Below are positions 26,445 to 38,088 of a stretch of DNA of 64,000 nucleotides, one piece after another. The position numbers and the translations under genes were made by a program. Below the pieces are notes generated by a model. The model saw only the letters and a program-made list of their open reading frames with translations. It ran no database searches and had not been told where the DNA came from. The stretch covers positions 3,410,001-3,474,000 of the forward strand of contig CM068746.1 of assembly GCA_035084275.1 (NCBI GenBank). Direction: 5' to 3'. How positions within the stretch are numbered: position 1 is the first letter of the stretch; every line of letters begins with the position of its first letter. This stretch comes from Hydrolagus colliei. Lineage: Eukaryota.

Positions 26445-26725
26445 GTCCTATAGTTCAGTGGATAGAGCACTCAGCTTCCTACTGTGCGCAATTGGCTGCC
26501 GAGTTTCGCCCACAAATATACAGTCAATTCACTTTACAGTTTATTCTGTGAAGCGCTTTGAGACACTGATAAGATGTGAAAAGCGCTATATCAAATGCAA
26601 GGATTATTATTATTATTATTATCCTTGTCAATTCACTTTACAGGGTATTCTGTGAAGCGCTTTGAGATGTTTAGAAGACGTGAAAAGAACTACAGTATAT
26701 CCAATGCAAGGATTATTATTATTAT
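26445..26725 (+). mobile_element. Internally deleted SINE with a tandemly duplicated 3' tail
   Basis: Head stub joined to the Deu 3' part; the tail unit gtcaattcactttacag..aaggattattatt occurs twice. Confidence 0.85.
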
Positions 26726-27989
26726 GCTTTGCCTAGTGTACGTAACAATTTCACAACTATAAATGGTATTGATGGCTGGGGGCTGCCTTGTAATCCTTAT
26801 TGCGAAGAAAGTCGAAATGTTAAGCAAAGCTTGGTTAATGTAGTGGGTGACTTCAAGAAGGTTTAAGAATATGTGCACAACAGTGGTATACAGTACACTG
26901 TGGGAACTGAAGTGATCCCACAAAACACCATTTTTAAAAATTAACTATTTACTGCAAATTTATCTTGGGCATGAATTGAAAAGACTGGAAATAAACATCA
27001 TGCAGTAATTTAAGGAAGCTTGCCAGCTGCCTGCTTTAACATTAATAATTTATCCCAAGCCGCTTTCCATTTTGTACGAATGCAGACGAAAGAAATCACA
27101 GGTGGGGGTGGGATTTGTTGCATTTTGGAAACCATCCGTCAAACCTAATAATAATAATAATCCTTGCATTGGGTACAGCGCTTTTCACATCAAGAGTGGG
27201 AGTTTCAAAGCACTTCACACGATAATACCTTTAAGAGTGTTTTGTGGGCGGATCCGGCAGCCAATTTGCACACAGCAACATCCCACAAACAGCCATGAAA
27301 TGAAAGATCAATTTTACAGACTGCATTGTGGCTGTAAAAATAATAATTACACTCTTTCTGTTTAATATAATGCTTTTCACATCGGGAGAGAGCGTCGCAG
27401 GCTTTACTGCAACATGTGGTGACTGTGTATTTTGTAGGTGAAAATTGCTGGCTGTTTATGAATCGTGATTTTTAAGAGGTGCACCAATTCGTAAAATCAT
27501 TGTTTCCCAGCTGTTCTTCGCTAAATTCATATCAAAGACTTAAAATCTGGTGAGAGATTCGGAACCGTTAAGTGCAGTTGTGTTCCAAATGCCAGGGATC
27601 GTTTAAATATCTTTGCCGTTGAATGTTAATCCAGCAATACGCCTTTCAATAGCAGGAACAATAAATACTGGTGTTAGTTTGCGTATATTTTGACAGCCCT
27701 ACAATTGATAACTGTTGTTGTTCTCAAATCGACAAAAAAAACTTTTTCTTGAAAAATCACTTTTTTTAAAAATCGCAGCACAAAATGTAATTTTTCTATT
27801 GTAATATGATTCCATTCCATAGAACGCAACATGAATTGCATTGTGCAACGCCTGTGACTCATTAAACTATCTAAACTGATGAGAAGATGGATATCACGCA
27901 AATAGTGTTTCTGGCTCCCAGCCACTGTGACTCCAGGTTCCAAATCGCTTCTGTTCCACACACACACTCCCTCTGCCTCTGATCATGGT

Positions 27990-28347
27990 TTAATAATAAT
28001 AATAATCCTTGCATTTGATACAGCACTGTTCACATGTAGCTCAGTGGTTAAAGCACTTGCCTTACAAGCGAGAGACCTCCGTTCAATTCCAGTCAGGGTG
28101 AAACCATGTAAGTTTCCTTACTCCACATGCCTGATAATAATCCCTCGAAAAATAAAAACTTGGTCATTTCAATCCACGACCGTTTGTGGGGACGCTGCTA
28201 TGCGCAATTGTCTGCCGCGTTTCTCCCACAAATATACAGTCAATTCACTTTACAGTATATTCTGTGAAGGGGTTTGAGACGTCTAGAAGACGAGCAAAGC
28301 GCTATATCAAATGCAAGGATTATTATTATTATTAGCTACAGGACTCC
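27990..28347. mobile_element. Forward SINE (28035-28333) bracketed by the tail (27990-28034) and extreme head (28334-28347) of a reverse SINE
   Basis: taataatccttgcatttgatacagcac..|tgtagctcagtgg..gattattatt|agctacaggactcc. Confidence 0.85.
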
Positions 28348-28653
28348 AGTGTCATCATTGGAAACAGCCTGTATTTAACCTACAGTACCTTCAAATACTA
28401 CAAACAGACTGATCTATCTAGTTTCAAAAGCATGTGGTCACCTCCCTTTTTTGTTACACACACACAACACACAGCCCTCCCTCCCTCTCTCTCCTCAGCC
28501 CGCTCTCCCTCCCTCTCACACACACAACCCTCCTTCCCTCTCTCTCTCCTCAAAACTCTGTCTGTGGTTAATCTTTGCCCACAGTTTGTCTGTAGGATCA
28601 CATGGCGACTGTGGTGCCTCATTGATCCATTTGGTGGCAGTGGAGTTACTTAC

Positions 28654-29104
28654 CGGGGAGTTAGTTACTGTGGGATTACACACTGGGGAGCTGGTTACTG
28701 TGGGATTACACACTGGGGAGTTAGTTACTGTGGGATTACACACTGGGGAGCTGGTTACTGTGGGATTACACACTGGGGAGTTAGTTACTGTGGGATTAGT
28801 TATTGGGGAGTTAGGTTAGTGTGGAGTTAGGTGAGTGGGAAGTTAGTTACTGAGGAGTTAGTGTGGATTTAAGGTAGTGTGGAGTTAGTTACTGGGGAGT
28901 TAGTTATTGGGGAGTCAGGTTAGTGGGGAGTTAGTTACTGGGGAGTCAGGTTAGTGGGGAGTTAGTTACTGGGGAGTCAGGTTAGTGGGGAGTTAGTTAC
29001 TGGGGAGTCAGGTTAGTGGGGAGTTAGTTACTGGGGAGTCAGGTTAGTGGGGAGTTAGTTACTGGGGAGTTAGTTACTGGGGAGTCAGGTTAGTGGGGAG
29101 TTAG
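28654..29104. repeat. G-rich minisatellite (30-bp unit, then 31-bp unit)
   Basis: ggggag(c/t)t(g/a)gttactgtgggattacacact about 4 times, then ggggagtcaggttagtggggagttagttact about 6 times. Confidence 0.95.
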
Positions 29105-29195
29105 GTCCTGGTGTCTGATGTGAGTTTGGATACTTGTTTTAAGGAAAGACTTGCAGTGGAAGGAGGAAAGTGCTGGAGTGTGGACAAGCTCCCCT

Positions 29196-29528
29196 NNNNN
29201 NNNNNNNNNNNNNNNNNNNNNNNNNNNNNNNNNNNNNNNNNNNNNNNNNNNNNNNNNNNNNNNNNNNNNNNNNNNNNNNNNNNNNNNNNNNNNNNNNNNN
29301 NNNNNNNNNNNNNNNNNNNNNNNNNNNNNNNNNNNNNNNNNNNNNNNNNNNNNNNNNNNNNNNNNNNNNNNNNNNNNNNNNNNNNNNNNNNNNNNNNNNN
29401 NNNNNNNNNNNNNNNNNNNNNNNNNNNNNNNNNNNNNNNNNNNNNNNNNNNNNNNNNNNNNNNNNNNNNNNNNNNNNNNNNNNNNNNNNNNNNNNNNNNN
29501 NNNNNNNNNNNNNNNNNNNNNNNNNNNN
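29196..29528. other. Assembly gap
   Basis: Run of N. Confidence 1.
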
Positions 29529-29849
29529 CTTCTCTCCTCTCCTCCTCCCCCCCTCCCTCTCTCACTCCTCCTCCCTCCCTCTCTCCTCTTTCCTCCCTCT
29601 GGGGAGACTTTCCCACCTGGAAGCAAAAACACATTTGTAATCAGTTTGTAGAGTCGGTGGTGAGGCTTCCCGAGAGACCAGGAGCCGGGAAACAGAGCTC
29701 AGGGGGGGGGGGGGGGGGGGGGGGGGTGAGAGATAGAGGGACCAGGAGAGTTACACATACACAGAGAGAGAGCTCAGAGGGGAGAGAGACACAGATACAT
29801 CAGAAGAGAGACAGGGATCAGGAGAAAGAGATCGGGACACTGGGAGAGA

Positions 29850-30260
29850 GATTCAGAGAGAGGGAGAGAACAAGAGAGAGTTACAGAGAGAGGGAGAGAG
29901 TTACAGAGAGAGGGAGAGAGTTACAGAGAGAGGGAGAGAGTTACAGAGAGAGGGAAAGAGATTCAGAGAGGGGGAGAGGGAGAGAGAGTTGCAAAGAGAA
30001 GGGGGTGGGGGGAGTTACTGGGAGAGGGAGAGTTATAGAGAGAGGGAGAGAGTTACAGAGAGAGGGAGAGATCAAGAGAGTTACAGAGAGAGGGAGAGAT
30101 CAAGAGAGTTACAGAGAGAGGGAGAGATCAAGAGAGTTACAGAGAGAGGGAGAGAGTTACAGAGAGAACAGGGGGAGAGGGAGAGATAGATATTACAGAG
30201 GGAACAGGAGAGAGAGAGAGAAAACAGGAGAGAGATACAGAGAGAGAGAGATACAGAGAG
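29850..30260. repeat. Purine-rich minisatellite (gagagagttacagagagagg, about 20 bp, with variants)
   Basis: Tandem ttacagagagagggagagag units. Confidence 0.9.
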
Positions 30261-30714
30261 ATTAGGGGAGAGGGAACAAGACTTGTGGAGAAAGGGAGGA
30301 GGGAAAGAGAGGGAGGGAGAGAGAGAGGAAGGGAGGGGTGAAGAGAGAGGGAGGGAGATGGAGTTGGGACCTGCTCTCCTGGTCGCTCTGAAGTCCCTGA
30401 AGAACAAGAGTAGTTGTTGTGAAAGTTGGAGCGGCTGAGTAACAGGGAGCAGGGTTTGTTATGCTAATGAGAACCACAGACGCCTTTGGGGCCATTTTGA
30501 GACGAACCTGAAAGAAGAAAGAGAGTGAAGAGAGAGAGTGTGAAAAGAGAGAGAGAGAGAGAGTGGAAACGAGAGAGGAGAGAAGAGAACAAGTGCGGGA
30601 ACAGAAAGAGGGGAAAAAAAGAGCGACAGAGACCCCCAGAGAGACATCAACTATTGCCACCTTCAACATGTCAAGTTACACTGCTTAACTTCAGCCTGAT
30701 AGGAAACCCTGCTC

Positions 30715-31635
30715 TCTGTGTGTGTGAGAGAGACAGAGACAGAGACTGTGTGTGTGAGAGAGACTGTGTTAGAGAGACTGTGTGTGTGTGTGAGAGAGAG
30801 ACTGCGTGGTGAGACTGTTAGAGAAACTGTGTTTGAGAGATTGTGTTAGAGAGACTGTGTGTGTGAGAGATTGTGTGTGAGAGACTGAGAGATTGTGTGT
30901 GAGAGACTGTGAGAGATTGTGTGTGAGAGACTGTGTGTGTGAGAGATTGTGTGTGAGAGACTGTGGTGAGACTGTTAGACTGTGAGAGACTGTGTTAGAG
31001 AGACTGTGTGAGAGACTGTGTTAGAGAGACTTGAGAGTGAGAGACTGTGTGTGTGTGAGAGAGACTGTGTGTATGAAATACTTTCTTGTGAGAGACTGTA
31101 TCTGTGTGTGAAACTGAGTGTGTGTGAGAGAGACTGAGTAAAATATACTGTGAGAGACTGTGTGTGTGTGTGTGTGACTGTCTGTGTCAGAGAGACTGTG
31201 TATGTAAAACAGAGACTCTGTGTGAGAGAGACTGTGTGTGTGTAAGAGATTGTGTATGTAAAACAGAGAGAGACTGTATGTAAAACAGAGAGAGATTGTG
31301 TGAGTGTGTGTGAGACTGTGAGAAAGTGCGTATGTGAGTGTGTGTGTGAGAGAAACTGTGAAAGAGAGAAAAACTGTATGTGTAAGAGACTGTGAGAGAG
31401 AGACTGAGAGAGATACTGTGTGTGAGAGAACGTGTGTGAGAGAGACTGTGTGTGTGTGAGTGAGACACTGCGTGTGAGATCCTGTGTGTGTGAGAGAGAG
31501 ACACTGTGTGTGTGTGTGTGTGTGAGGGAGACCTGTGTGTGTGTATGTGATCCTGTGTGTGTGAGAGAGAGACACTGTGTGTGTGTGTGTGAGGGAGACC
31601 TGTGTGTGTGTATGTGATCCTGTGTATGTGTGTGC
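30715..31635. repeat. Compound (TG)n/(AG)n microsatellite-minisatellite directly upstream of the CELSR1 start
   Basis: gagagactgtgtgtgt units over about 900 bp. Confidence 0.95.
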
Positions 31636-31722
31636 TGTGGGCAGTAAATATCGTGTGGACTCATGACCAGGATGGTGTCTGGCTGGTATTTTGCACAGTG
31701 AGTGAGTGTGAGTGTGGATACC

Positions 31723-32956
31723 ATGTGCCTGTATTATACCTGGAGGCTTCTCACACTGTTGCTCAGTGCCCCTCACTGGGTGTGTATAGAGCTGCATGTC
31801 TCACAGACAGACTGGGGGGGAGAGGGAGGGGTGATGTTGGCTGACATGTCCCTGTTGGGGGCTGGAGGCTGGAGGTACAGCTCCCTCAGCCCCCTGGACA
31901 CCTGCCTGAGGCTGGACCCAGAGGGAGGGCAACTGAGACTGAACTGCCCACTGGCATGTAACTACCCCACAGCCCTGAGACTGTACAGTCACTCACTCAC
32001 CTCCAGCATCACCACCAACCTCAACCTGTCTGTTCGCGGTCAGGACTGCTCCTTCCAACAACACGAGAGGGAATCTCTCTCTCTCCCCCTGCCTCCCCCT
32101 CTCCCCCTGCCTCTCACTCTCCCTCTCCAGCCCGACCTTCACATCAAACTCCTCCTGCGCTTCAACAACTCCAAGCACAGAGACCCCCGGACAGGCAGAG
32201 AGACGGAGACAGAGAGAGACACAAACGCGGGCACAGAGACCGTGTCGAGACTCTGTCGAGTAGCGGACACGGGGACGGAGACGGGCACGCACACTGTAAT
32301 AGATGCAGAGACAGACACAGGCGGAGGCACAGAGACAGCCCTCTGCCTGGGCCGTGAGGGACAAGTGCTTCTGACTGTGAGCCACTATCTACCTGCCTTC
32401 ATGAGACCGGCCGCTCTCTGGTGTGAAGGCGTGAAGGAGGCCCCCGGGCTGAGGCTGGTGCCGGGGGTGTCTGGGGGCCTGGTGGTCCTGGGGGGCTGCG
32501 TGATGCCGGGAGAGCGGCTGCTGACTGACTTGCTGTGCGCTCACAGCCCGACCCGGGCCTCGGGAGACCCCCGGGGCGGGCGGGGACCACGACAACGCTT
32601 GTCCATCCGCCTGGAGCTGTGGGCCGCCGAGCCGTCCGGCCCCGCGGCCCCGAGAGAGACCGGGAGGAGGGGGAGGAGGGGGAGGAGGAGGAGGAGGAGG
32701 AGTGCTAACAGCAGCCCGCAGTTCCAGCGGCCCAGTTATCACGTCTCCGTGGCCGAGAATCAACCGGCGGACACCCAGGTGATCGTCCTCAAAGCCAGTG
32801 ACCCGGACCAGGGGGACGCGGCCAGGCTCCAGTATTCCATGGAGTCGCTGAAGAACAAGAGATCCAGCAACTATTTCCAAGTGGACCCCGACACAGGCAG
32901 AGTCAGCACCACTCAAGCCCTAGATCGCGAGGACACAGAGACCCACGTCTTTAAAG
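31723..32956 (+). CDS. CELSR1: CELSR1 coding exon A: signal peptide, prodomain, furin site, most of cadherin repeat EC1
   Basis: accATG start; hydrophobic leader MCLYYTWRLLTLLLSAPHWVCIEL; RRRRRR|SANSSPQF; EC1 motifs (VAENQP, ASDPD, LDRE); donor AAG|GTGTGT at 32956/57. The start codon is less certain than the 3' end. Confidence 0.85.
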
Positions 32957-33044
32957 GTGTGTTTTTTTCCTCTGCTCTGTCTCTCTCTCTCTCTCTCACT
33001 CTCTCTCTCTCTCTCTGTGTATTGCTCTCTCTCTCCATATTATA

Positions 33045-33300
33045 TCCAGGCAGGGAGCCAATCCTTGGGCAAATTTCCGTACTCCACACACGCGCCCGAT
33101 AATAATCCCTCGACAAAAAAACCCATTATAATAAATCAGTCATTTCCATCCACGATTGTTCGCGGGACACTACTATGTGCGATTGGCTGTCGTGTTTCGC
33201 CCCAAAATTATATACAGTCAATTCATTTATATTTAGAGCGCATTTAGTAGTCTAGAGCACGTAAAAAGTTCTGTATCAAATGCAAGTATTATTATTATTA
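33045..33300 (+). mobile_element. Young SINE, 5'-truncated
   Basis: ccaggcaggg..ccttgggcaaatttcc..aaatgcaagtattattatt. Confidence 0.85.
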
Positions 33301-33403
33301 GAGGGTGTGTTTTCAGTTTTCAGAACAAAAACATCCACGTTCAGTTTCTGCGCTTAAAATATCCTGGAAGAATCCTTTCCATTTCTGTTTAAAACTTAGA
33401 TTT

Positions 33404-33745
33404 TTAATAATAATAATAATCCTTGCATTTGATATAGCGCTTTTCACATGTTATCGACGTCTCAAAGCGCTTCATGGAATATACTGTAAAGTGAATTGAC
33501 TGTGTATTTGTGGGTGAAACGCGGCAGCCAATTGCGCACAGCGGTGTCCCCCACAAACAGTCGTGGATTGAAATGACCAATTTTATTATTGTGGTTTTTT
33601 GGAGGGAGCACAGTATTATTATTAGGCATGTGTGTGTATGTGTGTGTAGAGTAAGGGAACTTGCGGAAGGTTTCGCCCTGACCTGCCTAGATTCGAGCTC
33701 AGGTCTCACGCTTGTAAGGCGAGTGCTCTAACCACTGAGCTACAG
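33404..33745 (-). mobile_element. Young SINE, full length
   Basis: Reverse complement of the consensus, with a short (TG)n expansion. Confidence 0.92.
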
Positions 33746-34170
33746 TAGCTCCCCAAGTTTTTCAGTGTTGAAATAGGGTCATGCTGGGGAAAAGGTTGGG
33801 AAGGTCTGGGCTCAGGCATTAATTAATATTAATCACGTTCATATGATGAATACATTTGTGTCAATACTATAATTGCTCACTCTTGGCAAATATCTCACTC
33901 TTGCATCCGCAGTGTTGACAGATATAATAATCCTGACCGTTTCCCTATTTGTTTTACTGTGCGTTGTAACAAATGTGTACATTGCACAATCTACAGGTGT
34001 TATTTTGGTTGGACTTTCCTAAGTGGATGTGCTCTGACATTCGCTCACACAATACACAGTCAATCCACTTGACAGTGTATCCTGTGAAGCACTTTGAGAC
34101 TTCGCTCTGACCTGATATAGCGCTGTATCCGATGCAAGGATTATTACTCTACATAATTTTATCACTGAGG

Positions 34171-34489
34171 TGTAGCTCAGTGGTTAGAGCATTCGCCTTA
34201 CAAGCATGAGACTTGTGCGTCCGAATCCAGGCAGGTCAGGGCGAAACCTTGGGCAAGTTTCCTTACTCCACACGCCTAATAATAATCCATCCCTCCCAAA
34301 AAAAATCCAATAATAAATTGGGAATTTCAATCCACGACTGTTGGTGGGGGACGCTGCTGCGCGCAATTGACTGCCATGTTTCGCCCAAAAATATATACAG
34401 TCAATTCACTTTACAGTATATTCCATGAAGCGCTTTGAGACGTCGATAAGATGTGAAAAGTGCTACATCAAATGTAAGGATTATTATTA
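34171..34489 (+). mobile_element. Young SINE, full length
   Basis: Consensus from head to tail. Confidence 0.92.
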
Positions 34490-34817
34490 TAGACAAGTGA
34501 GCTGTGACTGTGACTATTACTTATTGCAAATTATTACTATTATAACGATTATTATTACAGTGGTGGTTAGAAGTCCCAGATAAGTCCCTGGTGACTCGTT
34601 TCTCTGTGTGTCAGGAAAGCACAAGTTCCTGCCTGGGACGGTTTCAATCGCAGTGCTCAGGGAGAATTTGTCCTTCAGGTGAATTGTGTGTCTGCAATTT
34701 GTCGTCTACTGAGACTAATACGGTAAAATGCATTGGAGTACACCTGTGTCAAAACCACACTGCCTGCAACTGAGTCTATTTGTGGACTTGCCTGCATTCA
34801 GTAAAGATTGCTAAAGA

Positions 34818-35116
34818 TAATAATAATCTTGCATTTGACATAGCGCTTTTCACGTCTTATCGACGTCTCAAAGCGTTTCACAGAATATACTGTAAAGTGA
34901 ATTGACTGTATTTTTCTGGGCAAAATGCGCACAGCAGTGTCTCACAAGCAGTTGTGGATTGAAATGACCAATTTTTAAAAAAAAAATTTGGAGGGATTAT
35001 TAGTAGGCGTGCAGAGGAAGGAAACTTGCCCAAGGTTTCGCCCTGACCTGACTGGAATTGAACCCAGGTCTCTCGCTTGTGAGGCGTGTGCTCTAACCAC
35101 TGAGCTACAGGACTCC
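34818..35116 (-). mobile_element. Young SINE, near full length
   Basis: Reverse complement of the consensus, ending agctacaggactcc. Confidence 0.92.
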
Positions 35117-36879
35117 CAATTTAATGGATTGTGCACTTGAGGAGTGGGGAATAGAAATTGTGTTGCTGTTCTTAGTTCCTGGCACTGAATATACTTCTGA
35201 TTAAACTCAGCAAGGGGTTGGTGTATGAATGAAACCGTTAACCCAATGGCTCCATTGATGAGTAACTGGCCGGCTATTGAGATGCATAGATCACAAAGAG
35301 GGTTTTTTGCTTTGCCGAGTAAATTGACCTCTGGCGTGACATTAGGCTTGTTACATTTAGCATCACTACCATTGGGCTGGAAGGTTGATAAAACAGCAGG
35401 GATCCTGTTGGAGATTTCTGTTTAGTGACCACTGCTGGAAAATGTCAGGAAGAAGGAAATGCTCGATTTATCTTTCCTATTTTGACGTCGATATCTCACT
35501 GGCAATGTAAACTCAGTGCAAATCTCCCGTCTCGGACAGTTATTTACACAGATCGTGTGGAGTTAGTTCATTCATTATCACAAACAATTATTGAAGCTGG
35601 ATCAATGGAATAATTGGAAAGCGAACTGGATAAGCGGCTAATTGATGTGTTATCACACTGAGGGATATGTTGAACCTTGAAAGTACGGATAATAAAAGGG
35701 GTAAATTTAAAATCACTGAGAGCCGAATGGCCTGAATATTGTCATTTCCATCAAGCAAAGCACATGTTAAGATGTCTAGGCGTAAATTATCTCTGTAATT
35801 TGCTCCCATGTAAACTCTCATTGGTTTGGGTAGCTTGATCCACTCTCTTTGGAGCTGAATAATGATTGGATTTGTAATCTTAGCAGTGATATTGATCTGG
35901 TTGTTTATTGGTGGTGTACAGGGTTGTTAAAAGCACTTATTCAATAATAACTCCATGTAATTAACTTCCAGTATTTATGGATAAGTTTAGGATCAGTAAA
36001 GAAAGTAATGATTGCTCGGGAGTACAGTATAACTTAAAATTCAAGTTTTTTTTATGGTAGACGCAGAAATTTTTAAAACAGGGAAAAAAATCTTTGATTT
36101 CCTCAACAACCCAATCCCATTTTTATGGTTCTTAACTCCAGATATACCTTCTCTTTTCAGAAACATGTCTACTGCTGTATTTTATTGTTATACTGCAAGA
36201 GATGAAAGGCAAGGAAGTTTATAACTCAGCTAAGATCTCAATCTCAGAACTGTGTACAGTTTTATTTATTAACGCTTCATAAACATTTTTTATTGCAGAT
36301 AATAGTAACACTTTGATATAATATTTTATCTCAATCTCATCCTTCAAATGTCTCAAAGCACTTAAATATACTGTAAAATGAATTCATTATATTTTGGGCA
36401 ATTTGTGGGCGAATTTCATTCGACAGTCAATTGCGTTCAGCAGTGTCCCATAAACAGTTATGGATTGAGTGAGCGATTTTTTTTTGGAAGAAATGAATAC
36501 TCCCTTTATGAATCAAGAATGCAACTGAACATTTATCACCAAACATATATCACGAGTATCTGTTTGTGATGACTTGCCTACAGAAGACACAGTGCCAGTA
36601 AATACTGTTAAGCGTTTTGAGACATATTCCTGATGTGAAAGGAGTTGTGCCAAATGCAAGGATTATTATTGTCTACTTTTATTATTACAGACGTTTGATC
36701 CATTACAGCAACATCAGTTCTCCCCATTTCAAAATTCAGACTTGGGGCAGCCTGAAAGAATATTGTACTCTTGGACAATTAATAAAAACTTAACATTTAA
36801 TTTCTAACATTCAGAGTGAGCAAGAAGTTCTGTTAACTATTCTGTTACCTAAAAAAAATTCCCAAATATCATAATTTCT

Positions 36880-37115
36880 TTAATAATAGTAATAATCCTT
36901 GCATTTGATATAGTGCTTTTCACGAATTCTAGACGTCTCAAAGCGCTTCACAGAATAATCAGATAAAGTGAATTGACTGTATATTTGTGGGTGAAACGCG
37001 GCAGCCAATTTTGCACAGCAGCGTCCCAGCAGTCGTGGATTGAGTGAGGGGTTATTATGAGGCGTGTGGAGTAAGGAAACTTGCCTGATGTGTTGCACCT
37101 GACCTGCCTGGAATT
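36880..37115 (-). mobile_element. Young SINE, 5'-truncated
   Basis: Reverse complement of tail and body. Confidence 0.85.
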
Positions 37116-38088
37116 GAAAAAAAAATTGATAAATGGAAATTCAAAATTGCTGTGGTTGCGAGATTGAGATTGTGTGCAATATTTTTTCTGACTTTTAAGA
37201 TTTATTGGACTTTGTAACGGTGTTGCAAGTTTTTGATCACGCTGCATCAATGTTACCCCCCAAAAAAACTCCCAAGTCCTCGGGAAAGCTGCTTTAAAAA
37301 TCAATTGTGTTCACTCAATTCTATCTGATCGTAAGTAGGTGATTGCTGACAAATGTTTGACCCCTTTCTCAGAGAAAGATTGTTTGTTGACCTTTTTGAA
37401 GCTCGTTTTCCCCGCAACATCGTAAGAACGGTGTGTGTTCCGTTTCCTTGTCTGTCAATAACGGCCGCCTGGCTATTATTCATGTATGAAGTTCGATGGT
37501 GAGGATCGGGAGGCTGTTCGAGGATTGGGAGACACATCCAAACCTTGATTCTGTCCTCACCTGCCATACATACACACTCCTAATTTCCCAGCTTCTCGTG
37601 GCTTTAATTAGCCATTAGAAGCCAGAAACCCCGAGCAGTCTTTCCCTCAACCAGTTTCAATTGAGGCACGCCACTGTGGCCCCCACCTGACATCAGCTAA
37701 TTTGTATTGACAATCTCCTAACCCACAACGCTGGTTTTGCCGAGCCAGTGTTCTGACATAGTCTTCATCTACCAGGCGATTTGGGCTCATTTACCTGATA
37801 CAGTATTTGACAGTCAAGATGAGTTGATATAGTGACCAGTTTTGCCGCAGACGAGTTAACAATTCATGCGTACACACGCGGGAAGATGTAATAATGATTT
37901 TTAAAAAAACTACTAAGCTACACTGGGCAAAAGGTCGAAAGGTGCAGTGTAGATGTATAGATGCAAGTTGTTGTTTGTTGTTGTGAGGTTACATCTGCAG
38001 GTACTGGAGATTATGGATTATTTATGGTTTCTAACACGTCAACTTTTCTTCTCTTCCCCTCCCCCCCCCAACCCCGCGCCTTCTTAAG

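Larger units (their letters stand above)
32957..38088 (+). other. CELSR1: Phase-1 GT-AG intron (5132 bp) within CELSR1 EC1
   Basis: Splicing restores THVFK-V-IAYDHGTPRK; branch point ctaac at 38031-38035; AG-free pyrimidine tract; acceptor ttcttaag. Confidence 0.9.

Noticed and set aside
28654-29104. CRISPR-like array or telomeric repeat
   Set aside because: Head-to-tail minisatellite without unique spacers, no cas genes, eukaryotic context, and the unit is not TTAGGG.
29090-31797. ORFs across the gap and the GA/TG satellites
   Set aside because: Artefacts of N runs and stop-poor simple repeats.
32951-38087. piggyBac origin of the intron (TTAA near both ends)
   Set aside because: No piggyBac-type TIRs, and precise removal at TTAA would leave a frameshift.
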